Shown here in pieces: positions 43,339-57,855 of a stretch of 64,000 bases of DNA (positions are counted from its first letter, which is position 1; each line of letters starts with the position of its first letter). A program made the translations under genes and the position numbers. Below the pieces are notes generated by a model. It saw nothing but the letters and a program-made list of their open reading frames with translations. It did not search any database and had not been told where the DNA came from. The DNA is from Octopus vulgaris (lineage: Eukaryota), in the NCBI GenBank assembly GCA_951406725.2, contig OX597818.1, positions 1 to 64,000 of the forward strand, in the 5' to 3' direction.

Positions 43339-43495
43339 TATGAGGTCTGATCAATAAGTATCCAGACCGTTGCCATAGTAACAAAGCCACTTGGCACAGA
43401 TTGACCTTAAACTCTACTGTGCATGTGCACTAAGTTTTATTTTCTAGCTCACTTACACTGTTTACAGCAGTGCTTTGAAGGAAGGTGTGTAGTGT
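43339..43495 (+). mobile_element. Mariner-like terminal fragment
   Basis: TA-tgaggtctgatcaataagtatccagac resembles a mariner TIR (recall). Confidence 0.5.
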
Positions 43496-45966
43496 GTATG
43501 TGTGTGTGTACATACATACATACATACACCCACACATACACCTTCACACAGATACACACAGACATGCTGCTAACCAGACACTCTTCAATCCTCAAGAGGA
43601 AAGTCAACAAGTCTCTCTCTCTGTATATATCTCTCCCCCTCTCTCATTCCTCTATAAACCTGTTAAATCTATTGATTAGGTTTAAAGTTCCCTGTGACTG
43701 CAGCAGGTGGTGAAGGAGCTCTAATATTTTTTAGATAATTAAGGATATTTTTGATAATTAGGGATATTTTCAAACACTTTATTAACACTTCCTCATTATA
43801 TTTTTATATTTTCCTCACTTTCTTTCTTTCTTTCTCCTCTCTTGCTTGCTTTCATTTTAATCTTTACAAACGACAATGATTTTTTAATAATTTTCACCTC
43901 AAAATATTTAAAGATGTTTTCTTTTATTTTTCATTTATTTATTTGGTTGTCTGAAATACATTTAAATTTTCATTTTTATACCTGTGGATATTCAGAAGTT
44001 TACATATATATGTAGCAAATTGCTTCCTAGATTCTTAACCAAGATTTGAAACCCAGTCTAGATTTTTTTAAATATTCCTTCCTATTGTTCTTGACATTAA
44101 CATTTAAAAATTTATGAGGATCAATTGTCACACTTAGTTAGGATTTTGCTTGAGTGTACATTCTTGGGCTAAATACAATTCAAGAGAGATAAACCCATTA
44201 TTTTCCATTGTTCTCTGACCTACATCCAGCTTTCTAGCATGTATAAATACAGTATCCAAACTCAGTTCTAACTCTTTTGCTTAGCACCTGCCAAAAAGAG
44301 CACTTCAGTAATGACTAGTCACTGCAGGACTATACAACTTTCACCATCTCTACTTGTCAACACAGAGGGATAAATCCTAATTCTCTTTCTCTTTTACTTC
44401 CATCTGTTCTCCTAGCAGTCAACAAAAGACAAACTTGACTGCCTACAGAATGGATAATAGAATTGCAAATAATCTGCATACAGCAACAACTTGAAGTTAT
44501 ATCTTATTTTGTAACAATAGAATAAAGGCCATATCTAATAATGTTTTTCTTCTTCTCATTTATTTGATAGATATTTTTGTCACATCATGTGTATGAATGG
44601 CTATGGGGGTTCATAGATAAAAAATGGTTGAGAACCATTGATATCAAATGTGTGGTGAGTGAGTAGAGGAAAAGTGGAGCTGAGAGATCTCTTTTGTTCT
44701 TCCCTCACAGAGAACATGATACTCTCTCTGGTACTCGTGCCACGAAACACCCAGTATACATTGCAAAGAAAATGGCAAAAAACAAGTGGACAAAGAATAA
44801 AGGTGTGAAGATTTTTTTAGTCCTGTGTCACTGAGCACTTATCTGTTTATCTGGCACCATGAGAAAATGCACCAAGTACCTCTGTCAAGTGGTTGGTAAT
44901 AGGATGAGCATCCAGCTGCAGAAACAAAGTTAAAATTGATAAGTATGAGCAGCAGTTTATGAAAGCAATGGCTCCCAATATGAAATAACTTGGATCAGGA
45001 TAGCTCATCCAACCCATGTAAGTATGGAAATCAGACATAAGATGGTGTTGTTGTTGTTGTTGGTGGTGGTGATGGTGGTGGTGAGGATGATGATAAGATC
45101 TAGTATTAGCTACTTAATAAAATATGCCTGATACAATTTGTAAAGTCGTTAGTGTTAAATGGAACATCTCTCTGTAGAAACCATGGCAAGATTATATGTG
45201 TATGAGTGAGATGTGGTCCACCAAGTCTTGAAGAGCAGCAAGTATTGGGGCACCATTTACAAGGGGTTTAAATGATTATATATCAGCCAGAGTATTTCTC
45301 TGGTACTTATTTTATAAGTCTAATAAGATAGCAATTACTCAGTAAATAATAACTTAAAGGGAGATATAAACATCACAAGGTATTTTATGGGTTTTGTTCA
45401 CCTCAAACTACATCGAAATATACAAATATCTCCAATGTGTTATGGAAACACAGTATTTCTGAAAATTTTGCCATAACATGAAATTCTGTGACATGAAACC
45501 TACTTTTCCATTGACATTGGGCTATAAATTGAAATGTATTCCAATGAAATTATATAAAGGAAAATACATAATACAATCACATTTATGTATAAAAATAACA
45601 AATTTTAAATGCAGTATGTATGTATGTATGTATGTATGTATGTATGTATGTATGTATGTATGTATGTATGCATGTATGTATGTTTGTATGAATGTATGCT
45701 TGTATGTATATATGTATGCATGTATGTATGTATGTTTATGTGTATGTATGTTTGTATGTATGTATGTATGTATGTATGTATGTATGTATGTATGTATAAG
45801 TGTATAAAGCAATTAAAGGGGAAGACATTAAGTAAAAAGTGAGAATACAGAAATATCATAGCAGAATGTATTATACAGTAATGTCATATATATCCACCAC
45901 AGAAGGTGTAGTGGGGATTCTGCATAGAGAAAATATAGTGGCCTTAATATTCTGAACAAAAGAATG

Positions 45967-47410
<1,444 letters not shown>

Positions 47411-47412
<2 letters not shown>

Positions 47413-47967
47413 TGCCCTGATGCAGTACCAGGCAGTGGCTCTCATGGCTTCTGATCTTAACTGATTGGAAGTGTTATCATGTACATTGTTTTGTCTTGGT
47501 ATAAAAGATGGGCTACAGTAAATATTCTGCTCAATACCATAGATTTGCTTGTCAGTTGTTTGACCTTAACCAGTTGAGCATATCTCTTAGTGGCTGACGA
47601 TATGTGTATCTCTGATCACGAGCACAAGTAGTGGGGGAGCATCATAGCCATGTGTTGAGAGGGATTCTTTGGGGTTTGAATAATTCACCTCTGGAAACAT
47701 GGGTGTTTTGTTCAACATCCTTAAACAACCCTTATTCAGGGACATTTTGAGCGAGATGTGTTACTCGACCATAAGAAATTTCTAACTGGGCCCCACCTGC
47801 AAGGTCATGAGCTGTTTATTTTGATATGAGATCACCATGTTGCACACATATAGTTTTGATGCATGTGCCTAGTGTACCCTAATTAGACAGGTAGTCATGA
47901 TGGGTATACTGGGCTTCATATATTTTACCCCAGTGCCGCTTTGATGGCATGCACTGCTCTCTCACTC
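47411..47967. mobile_element. Unclassified non-coding insertion flanked by (TAA)n
   Basis: Sharp boundaries with TAA arrays on both sides; higher GC than flanks; no ORF. Confidence 0.55.
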
Positions 47968-48063
47968 AATAATAATAATAATAATAATGAGGAGAAGAAG
48001 AAGAAGAAGAAGAAGAAGAAGAAGAAGAAGAAGAAGAAGAAGAAGAAGAAGAAGAAGAAGAAG

Positions 48064-48270
48064 AGTTTCAAATTTTGGCACAAGGCCAGCAATTTTGAGG
48101 AGGGGATAAGTTGATTACTTCGACCCCAGTGCTCAACTGGTTCTTATTTTATCAACCCTGGAAAGATGAAAGGCAAAGTTGATCCCAACAGAATTTGAAC
48201 TCAGAATATAGAGATATATGAAATCCTGTTAAGCATTTTACCCCATGTGCTAACAGTTCTGCCAACAGTT
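48064..48270 (-). mobile_element. SINE family A preceded by (GAA)n
   Basis: tttcaaattttggcacaaggccagc..gatgaaaggcaaagttga. Confidence 0.85.
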
Positions 48271-48555
48271 CGGAAGAATGGAAATGAAAATATAAAGGGT
48301 TTGGAGAGAAGGAATGTCAAAGGGTTAGTAGCAACACAATAGGGGAAGAGGTACTGCATGATTACGACCAGGTGCAAGATCTAGGTTGTAGAACTGGAGC
48401 ATGCACAGGCAAGGGAGGAGAGGAGGGTGTGGGTAGATGTTGGCAAGAATGTTTAGAAAAATTGAGACTAAAGCCTTCATCAGATACATTTGTTGTTATC
48501 TTTCTGAAAACAGGGCTACTACAGGTACAGCTATGGCTATTTGCAGCTGTGGTTA

Positions 48556-49045
48556 GGTACAGGCATGGCTGTGTGGTAAGAAGTTTGCTCCCCAATCACA
48601 TGGTTGTGGGTGCAGACCCACTGTGTGATACCTTGGGCAAGTGCCTTCTACTATATATAGCCTTGTGAGTGGGTTTGGAAGGCAGAAATTCAAAGAAGGA
48701 TACTGGTGCTCCAGCATAGCCACAGGCTTTGGGATGAAATATATAAAAGAATAAAAGAATGTGTGTGTGTGCGTGTGTGTGCATGTATGTGTGTGTGTGA
48801 GAGTTTGTGTATGTGTCTGTGTTTTTATCCCCACAACTACTTGACAACCATAGTAGGTGTGTTTACATCCCCATATCTTACCAGTTCAGCAAAAGTGATA
48901 AAAAAAATTAGTACCAGGCTTAAAAAAAACAGAACATATCAGTACTAGGGTCAATTCATTTGACTAAAATTCTATAAAGTGGTGTCCCTGCATGGTTACA
49001 ATCTAATGACTGAAACAAATTAAAGATAAAAGATGAAAGGTAAAA
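48556..49045 (+). mobile_element. SINE family B, rearranged or nested
   Basis: Head at 48556, internal tail copy at ~48705-48760, final tail at ~49010. Confidence 0.75.
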
Positions 49046-49624
49046 GATACCATATAATGCAACAATTTAAACCTTTTTTTTTTTTACAAGTAAAGATTCC
49101 TTAAATTGACAAAATATTGATCTCTGCTGATGTATCAGAAATATCAAATAGAAGATAAAATCTTCATCATCATTTAGTGTCTACTTTTCAATGCTTACAT
49201 GGGTTAGATGGAATTTATTGAAGCATATTTCTACAGTTGGATGCCCTTCCTGTCACCAATCCTCACCTATTTCCTAGCAAGGTTATATTTCTTCATAAGG
49301 ACTTCTGGCGGTTTGCTGTGCATGAGAAGATATGCCAAGCTTAATAAAATCAGAACTGTCTATGCACATAAGCATGTCGTCTACATTCCTCTTTCAGCCA
49401 AAAGTGCCCATGCCAATGTCACATAAAAACGCCCATGCCAAACAGACAAATGGCCAACTTCTGTTATTCTGACCCATGCCAGCATGGAGAACTGATGTTA
49501 AAAGATGAGGATGATGATAGCTTGACATGTTTTTCACAGAATATTGGGAAAGAACAATATTCCTTATATGACGAAGAAGCTCATTTACAAGCATCATGTG
49601 ATATCTAGACAAGGTTACAGACAT

Positions 49625-49672
<48 letters not shown>

Positions 49673-50096
49673 CATTTCTTTCTGTTCCTGTCTTCCAAAT
49701 CCACTTGCAAGGCTTTGATCAATCCAAGACTATAGTAGAAGACACTTGCCCAATGTGCCATGTTGTAGGACTGAACCCAAAACCATGTGTTTGGGATGTA
49801 AGCTCCTTAAACACACAGCTTCATCTGTGCCTGTATATAAAATAATATTCCATCCTTTATATATCATTACATCTAATATAAATTAACTTTATTACTTGCA
49901 AATATTTAATAAATAGCTCAGTTTTTATTTTAATATCAAAATATTTCTCAAAGAATATTAAGTTTATTAATATTATGTTTGTGTTCAGATTTTGGTGAGA
50001 ACTGTGTCCTGTTAACTGTTCCAGTGCAGTTGAAATGCCTACAGTTTTGTTTTATAGCTTGTGTTCTTTTCTTAGTTGGTTTAATACATAAAATAT

Positions 50097-50241
50097 ATTT
50101 ACATTATTTATATTTGACGGATATTTGCTCTCATCTTGTTTGTTGTTAACACTATGTTTTGGCTGATATACCCTTCAACCTTCATCAGATGTCTTGGGGA
50201 AATTTTGAACCAAGGTTCTCATTCCTAAGGTATTTTTTTGA

Positions 50242-50280
<39 letters not shown>

Positions 50281-50580
50281 GGTCACTGCTTGGAATCGAA
50301 CTCGGAATCTTGGGGTTAGTAGCCCGTGCTCTTAACCACTACGCTATATGCCCATGACCTCAATAATAATAATATAACAACAACAACAACATCAAAAAAA
50401 TACCTTACAAATGAGAACCCAGGTTCAAAATTTCCCCAAGACACCTGATGAAGGCTGGAGGGTATATCAGCCAAAACATGTTAACAACAAACAAGATGAA
50501 GACAAATATCCGTCAAATATAAATAATGTAAATAATATAAATAATGTACATAATTCCTCATCTCTTAAATATAGAACTGT
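50097..50580. mobile_element. tRNA-head + hammerhead palindromic element, copy 2
   Basis: Full tRNA-like head 50285-50353(-) with A box and B box (GAGTTCGATTCC); HHR-like motifs at ~50148-50193(-) and 50440-50482(+); ataaaatatatt repeated at both flanks. Confidence 0.88.
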
Positions 50581-51966
50581 ATTATAAAATATATTCCTTT
50601 AAATATCTCTTTGTATTTCAAACATCTAAATTTTTATTGTCCCAGATCAGCCCTGATCCAACAAACATATGATTAATCCTTTTATTACCATATTTATTTT
50701 GAGATGCCTTGTGTCTCTTTCAATTAGTTTTAAATATAACAAAGAATTTAGTAAAATAACTTAGTTATCATTCAGCTGGTGTTATGAACATAAATTGTGA
50801 CTAAGGTTTGGTGGAAGATTTTAATTGAAAACTTATGGAAACAAGACAATTGTGCTACAGAGCTAGAGGCAGTTTCAGCCAGGTTGGTATCGAGAGAGTT
50901 AAATATATTTCAGTTATGATCATCTTGTTTTTATATAGGTATCATGAACTTCTCTATCTAATGTAGCCTTCTCTTTTGTGATTTAAGGGAGATTTTGGCT
51001 GCTATTTCTAGGGACTTAAGAGACAATGTGTGCATATAATTATCATTCTTTCACCTTTTTCTTGTTCCAGTCATTAGACTGTGGTCATACTGGGGCACCA
51101 CCTTGAAGAGTTTTAGTTGAATGAATCGATCCCAGTACTTATTTTTCTGGCAAGTCTGGTATTTATTCCATTGGTCTCTTTGCCAAACTGCCAAAACAAA
51201 AAAATAAATAAATAGATAATAAATAAATAACAATAAAAAAAAATTGGAAAGACCAGTTTTAATGAATATGAAACACATCCAATACAATAAATTCCCCAAT
51301 ACAATCTGTATTACATCTCATTCATATAAATAATCTTGTCATGGTTTCTACAATGAGATGTTCCATCAAACACTAACCGATTTACAGATTGTATTAGGTA
51401 TATTTTATTGGGGAACTAACTCTAGATCTTATCCTTGCTATCATCATCACCACCACCACCACCACCACCATTATCCTCATCAAGCTTTACAGGAAGGGAA
51501 AGAGTCTTAATTTTTTGGAAGTGGTTGAGAAAAAAAAAAGAGCAAGATGTTAGGAGCCAGGTGGGAATATAGTTCAAAGTAGGGAGTTAAGGAGGGATCA
51601 GGGATAGGTGTGCATGTGTGTACATGTATAGGTATGTATGTGTTTTGATATGGGCATAAGAAGAGAGCAGTGTGTGCGTGTTTTGCAGGGGCATGTCTGT
51701 GTGTAGAGGTGTACAAGTGTAGAAGTAAAATGACATGAATTAGTGGTGGGGTGAGGAGTCAGTAGTTTGTATAATTGCATTGTGTGTGTAAGAAAAATCT
51801 AGAAGTGAGGGGATGCGACTGCATGCAAGTGTGAAGTGAAAGAGAAAGCAAGAGAAATGTTAGGTGTGTATATATCTGTATCTATATACTGCTCTCGTGC
51901 TCTCTCTCTCTCTATTGATCTATATCACTAAATATATATTTATATATACACACATATATATATATA

Positions 51967-52360
51967 TAGGCGCAGGCATGGCTGTGTGGTAAGAAGCTTG
52001 CTTCCCAACCACATGGTTCTGGGTTCAGTCCCACTGTGTGGCACCTTCGGCAAGTGTCTTCTACTATAGCCTCGGGCTGACCAAAGCCTTGTGAGTGGAT
52101 CTGGTAGATAGAAACTGAGAGGAGCCTGTCATGTACATATATATATTTATGTGTGTGTGTCTGTGTTTGTTCCCATACCATCACTTGACAACCAATGTTG
52201 TGTTTACATCCCCAAAACTTAGCGGTTCAGCAAAAGAGTCTGATAGAATAAGTACTCGGCTTACAAAGAATAAGTCCTGGGGTTGATTTCTTCAACTAAA
52301 GGCTGTTCTCCAGCATGGCTGCAATCAAATGACTGAAATGTGTAAAAGAGTAAAAGAGTA
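51967..52360 (+). mobile_element. SINE family B, full length
   Basis: aggcgcaggcatggctgtgtggtaagaagcttgc...gtaaaagagtaaaagag. Confidence 0.9.
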
Positions 52361-52366
52361 ATATAC

Positions 52367-52399
<33 letters not shown>

Positions 52400-52566
52400 T
52401 ACACACATACGTAAGTATGCACACATACCTACATACATACATCAAGACAGTGCTCCAGCATGATTGTAGTCCAGTGACTAAAAGTGAATATGTGTGTGTG
52501 TGTGGGTGTACACATGTGTATATGTATGTGCATGTGTATTGTGCATTGTGCACGTATTTGTCTATT

Positions 52567-52604
<38 letters not shown>

Positions 52605-53264
52605 CGCATGTGTGTATGTGTCTGTGTGTCAAAGAATACATCTTACACCATCAATGGCTGCTGCAGTAATAACTTCAGTTCGAAAAAAAATAAAGAACAA
52701 AAAACTATTAACATTATTAGTGAAGTTCACAGTTCTAAGGAGACACAGAAAAGTCAGTTTTCAAGTTACAACTCTATTAATGCTAGAATAAATTGGTTTT
52801 TCTTATAGTGGCACCAACCATATAGATGTATTTCATCATATTTTCTCCCTCTGTTGATTCACTAATCTTTGTTTTATCCAACTAAGTAAGGTGCCTCCTG
52901 AGAAAGTCAAGCAATCTCTTGACATATTAATATGAAATGTTATTTGATGAGAAATGATACAATGTTCATCCAATGATATCAACTAGAACTAATTATATTG
53001 ATGTCTCTGATGTCTTAAATACCACACAGCTCTACTATTGTAACAGCAACAACAGCAACAACAAAAAGAAACAGAAATAAGATCTCCATGGCTCAAATAT
53101 GGATTCCTGGTTCAAGCCTCAGTTGTAAGAGTTCTATATTATTTGTATTACTAACACTTCCGGGAAAACTTGAGCTCATGACCTTATGATTGTAAGCAGA
53201 ATGCCCTAACCACTAAGTCATGCACTTTCACTTCTCTCTATCTCTCTCTCTTTCTCTCTCTATG

Positions 53265-53304
<40 letters not shown>

Positions 53305-53305
<1 letters not shown>

Positions 53306-53652
53306 TTTTATACTCTTTTATTTGTTTCAGTCATTTGACTGTGGCCATGCTGGAGCACCACCTTTAATCGAGCAACTTGACCCCGCGACTTATTCTTTTG
53401 TAAGCCCAGTACTTATTCTATCGGTCTCTTTTGCCGACATAAGACACACAAACACACACACGCATATATATATATATATATACATATATACGACGGGCTT
53501 CTTTCAGTTTCCATCTACCAAATCCACTCACAAGGCTTTGGTCAGCCCGAGGCTATAGGAGAAGACACTTGCCGAAGGTGCCACGCCGTGGGACTGAAGC
53601 CAGAACCATGTGGTTGGTAGACAAGCTACTTACCACACAGCCACTCCTGCAA
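53305..53652 (-). mobile_element. SINE family B
   Basis: Reverse complement of the 51967-52360 type. Confidence 0.9.
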
Positions 53653-53685
53653 CTATATATATATATATATATATACATAAGTATA

Positions 53686-53731
<46 letters not shown>

Positions 53732-54105
53732 TTATAAAATGAGATAGGGGTTGAAAATTCAACCCACCATGGGATAACATATATCCAATATACTGCTAGA
53801 TAGGTACCCAACAAGACTAATACATAGATGTTAAAAATTGCCAAACAATCAGTTCATCTATTGTATTATATGGGTTAAATGAGGTATGACTGCCCTCGCT
53901 GCCGAAACAGCTGTCAGATTTGATTTAATTACATATTATATTTGAAATTTTATACTTATATCTCTTTGTCTATTTACATTTACTGTATATTTTGTATAAT
54001 GCCTTTACTGATATGTAATGGTGTAATAAAGTATTGATTGGGTATCATCTGATAGTTGATGTTTTATTGATTTAAGTATGTTTCTCCATTTTCTAATTTT
54101 GTAGT
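53732..54105. mobile_element. PLE-like terminal element with internal inversion
   Basis: 53732-53868 is colinear with ~18645-18780; 53900-54105 is the reverse complement of ~18820-19030, including GAAACAGCTGTC. Confidence 0.75.
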
Positions 54106-54368
54106 ATATATATATATATATATATATAGGGATGGTATTATTGAAATACCATCACGCGTGGTAAGCGAACTATCAGCCATACAGGAAAATTAATAAAATA
54201 CATACATACAATATTAGATATGTACACATATACACAAGGATACTATATGAGTACCTATATCGCTAATGATAGAAGTCAAAAAATATCTCTGTACCACCAA
54301 ATAGTCACAAATCCATTACAGACATGATAGGAAAAAATATCAGTGAACAATAATAATGTCTTACCTCA

Positions 54369-54431
<63 letters not shown>

Positions 54432-54435
<4 letters not shown>

Positions 54436-56114
54436 TAACAAAGATTCCCGGCTTTGCTTTTCTTTTATATTTTTTCTAATGAACTGGAATACTTATGATT
54501 TGAATTTCATCAAAATTGCAGATGAAGAATTTTAATGAGGGTTCTTTCTCTCTTTACACACCCTAACAAAAATTCTAATCATGACATATTTATCCCATAC
54601 TACTCATCTTTATGCCCAGATTCCAAAATCCAAATCTTATGAAACCTATTCAAAGGTTTTTGCTCTTGAAAAATGGAGCACACAGAGCACATGGAGCTCT
54701 AAAATGTGGGAGTTAAGGCGCCTAGAGAAGTTGAATTGTTGGGAATCTTTTTAACTTGGGTCTTATATCTATTGTTAAAATTTCTTCGAAATCGGAAATA
54801 TATATATAATCACTAAGTTTGTAAAAGAGAGCAAAGCTACAGGAAACCAAACGTTGAATGATCACAATAAGCAATCAGCTACCCTACCCTAGTTGTTGCC
54901 ACTCCCCAGTGTAGGATTCCTCACCATAGAGGTGACGGGCACAGCCATAAGATGCATTACAGATCTATAGCAATTGGAAGGGTGTGACCCAACTCAAATA
55001 AACATTAACAACTGTGTGACATGAGGGCTAAGGGGTAATGAAAGAGTCACTTCTGGAGTTTGCCAAAGATCACTATAATGATAGGTAACTAGACAGAATA
55101 AATTTGCAATCTATAAATCTCTTTGAATAACCAGTCACTTATCTGGGAAGGCCTTGATATCAATGTGACCATCTGGGGACTATCTCTGACCTAGTGATAA
55201 TAAAACTACTGAAAGGAAGTCTGCAACCAAATAACTTTACTCAACACTTTGCAACTGAATCAGTAGAGGCAAAGATGCCTCTCCTTTACTTGACAATTTA
55301 TGCACCACATTGCAGAAATCACAATCTAAGTATATTTCAAATCAAAGTCTTACATTGTAGTACCATTGAATTACAAATAACACTCATCTTGTATGCTTGG
55401 GTGACCCTACAGCTTCCAAGAGTATTCGTCTTGGCTTAGGAAAAATGACTAAATCGTGGGGGTTAAGGGGTCTTACAAACTTCTAAGAAGTTGAAATTCT
55501 AGAAATATTACTTCATTTGTGTCTAATATCTATGGTTAAAATTTCATCTACAGCAAAAATATATGAATTTTCATGGGGGTTATGACATCATTTATGCCCC
55601 CTCACTTTCAAAGATATACTGCATTACATCTGTTCTTATGCATAGAATATAATTTCCAAATTTCATAAAGATCCATTCAATACTTTTGACCTAGTTTTGG
55701 ATCATAAAAAATGACTAAAATTTGGGAGTTATTTGGGATTTTAGAATCCTCATGAGAAGCAGAAACTTTGGGAATACTTCCTGATGTGTTTCAATTACCT
55801 ATGGTTGAAATTTCATCAACATTCGAAATTTATGAATTTTCGTGGGGCGGTTTTGCCCCCTTTAAGCTACCTCAAATTCAAACCAAACATACTGCATTAT
55901 GCCTGCCCTCATGCATTGAATCTAAGTTCCAAATATCATAAGGATCCATTCAGTAATTTTGGTCCATGAAATTGTTTGAAACATACAGCATCATACAGCA
56001 TCTTTCTAGGCTTGGATTTTGTGTTCCAAATTTCCTTAGGATCAGTGCAGTAGTTTTTGAATCTCAAAGTAACACACAAACACACATAAAGACATTGACT
56101 TTTATATATTAGAT
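54432..56114 (+). mobile_element. Helitron/Helentron-like non-autonomous element with ~270-bp internal tandem units
   Basis: 5' actaac..cccggctttgc; repeated aaatttcat / gatccattca units; 3' ctttatatattagat-type end. Confidence 0.55.
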
Positions 56115-56154
56115 ATAAATATGCACATATACATACATGTGTGTGTGTGCGTGC

Positions 56155-56200
<46 letters not shown>

Positions 56201-56279
56201 CTCACACACACACACATATATATACATACAGAAAGATAGATTGATAGATACAATTGAGTGGGCAAACAAAAATATGAGA

Positions 56280-56652
56280 CACCACCCTAAAGACTTTTTT
56301 GTCGAATGAATCGACCCCAGTGCTTTTTTCTTTATTTTGATGAGCCTGGTACTTATTCTATCAGTCTCTTCTCCTCAAACCAGTAAGATATGGAAATATA
56401 AATAAACCAACAGCAGTTATCAAGCAGTGATGAGGGAGCAACACAGACACAAAGACACACACATACACTTACATATATACATATAAATACGATTGATTTC
56501 TTTCAGTTTCTGTCTACAAAATCCACTGACAAGGCTTTGGTTGGTCTGAGGCTATAGCAGAAGATACATGCCAAGTTACCACACATTGGGACTGAACCCT
56601 GGACCATGTGTTTTGGAACCAAGTTTCTTACCACACACCCACACCTGCACCT
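56280..56652 (-). mobile_element. SINE family B
   Basis: ctttcagtttctgtctacaaaatccact..gggactgaaccctggaccatgtg. Confidence 0.85.
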
Positions 56653-56666
56653 ATGTGTGTGTGTGT

Positions 56667-56711
<45 letters not shown>

Positions 56712-56917
56712 TGTAAATATGTGTATATACACATATACATCTATATATATATATACACATATATACATACATATACATACATATATATACTTATATATAT
56801 ATATACATACATATATAAATGTATATATATATACATCTATACATATACATCTATACATAAACATTTATACATATGCATCTATATATATACATCTATATAT
56901 ATATACATAATATATAT

Positions 56918-57004
<87 letters not shown>

Positions 57005-57169
57005 TGTGTGTGTATGAATGCCTGTATATATGTGAGATAATAGTTTCACTTTAATAGTTTCAGTATTAATAGTGAAACTATTAAAGTGAAAGTATCTGAC
57101 ATTACACTAGAGAGATGTTCTTGTTTCACTTTTGACATGTAATACTGAAATAGAGGAAAAGCTAAGAGA

Positions 57170-57360
57170 TTGTTCTGGGCTCACATTAGGCAAGAAGTTG
57201 AAATTTGTTTTGGCCCATGCAACTACATGGACCCTAAGAAAGTCATGTATAAAATTTGAATGAAATCGTTTGTGCAGTTCTCGAGTTTTAGGGATTTACA
57301 CAGACTGACAGATAAACAGACACATTCTCATCTTTATATATATATATATATATAGAAGAT
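57170..57360 (+). mobile_element. Helentron-like 3' end
   Basis: aaatttgaatgaaatcg..cagactgacaga..ctttatatata..agaagat; same end style as 56020-56114. Confidence 0.5.
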
Positions 57361-57855
57361 AGAAGATAGAAGATATATGACAGGAGAGAAAACTGTACAC
57401 CATTATACTGGATATTAACACATACACACATACATACATGATAGTTGTAATTTGATTTTAAGCAATGCCATAGCTTAATTGTTCTTTTGAGCATGAACTG
57501 CACAGATGTAGCTTTTCAGTCCTGTTAGAGAACCACACTTCTCTACATAGATGTGACAATGATGGAAGCCTCTTGCAGCTAGAGTTCAGAGAGTTTCTAC
57601 TTATTCTGACATATGCCTTCATTCTATCATGGAATTTTTCATTGATTGTTTTGTTTGGCTATGGCTAACCATAGTAGGAAACACATAACATGTTATTAGA
57701 GATATCAAAACTCAAGCATGCTTGTACCTGAAGCTTTTCTGAATTATGTGTACATCTGCCCTGTAAAGAAGAACTAATCCTTATTGTTTGAGACAAACAA
57801 AGTTGCAGGTTTTACATTCAAGTTTTCCTTTTCTAGGGAGATGTCTAAACAAAGG

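Noticed and set aside
43620-44560. Non-repetitive-looking stretch as a possible gene or LINE
   Set aside because: No interpretable ORF or motif by eye; left unannotated
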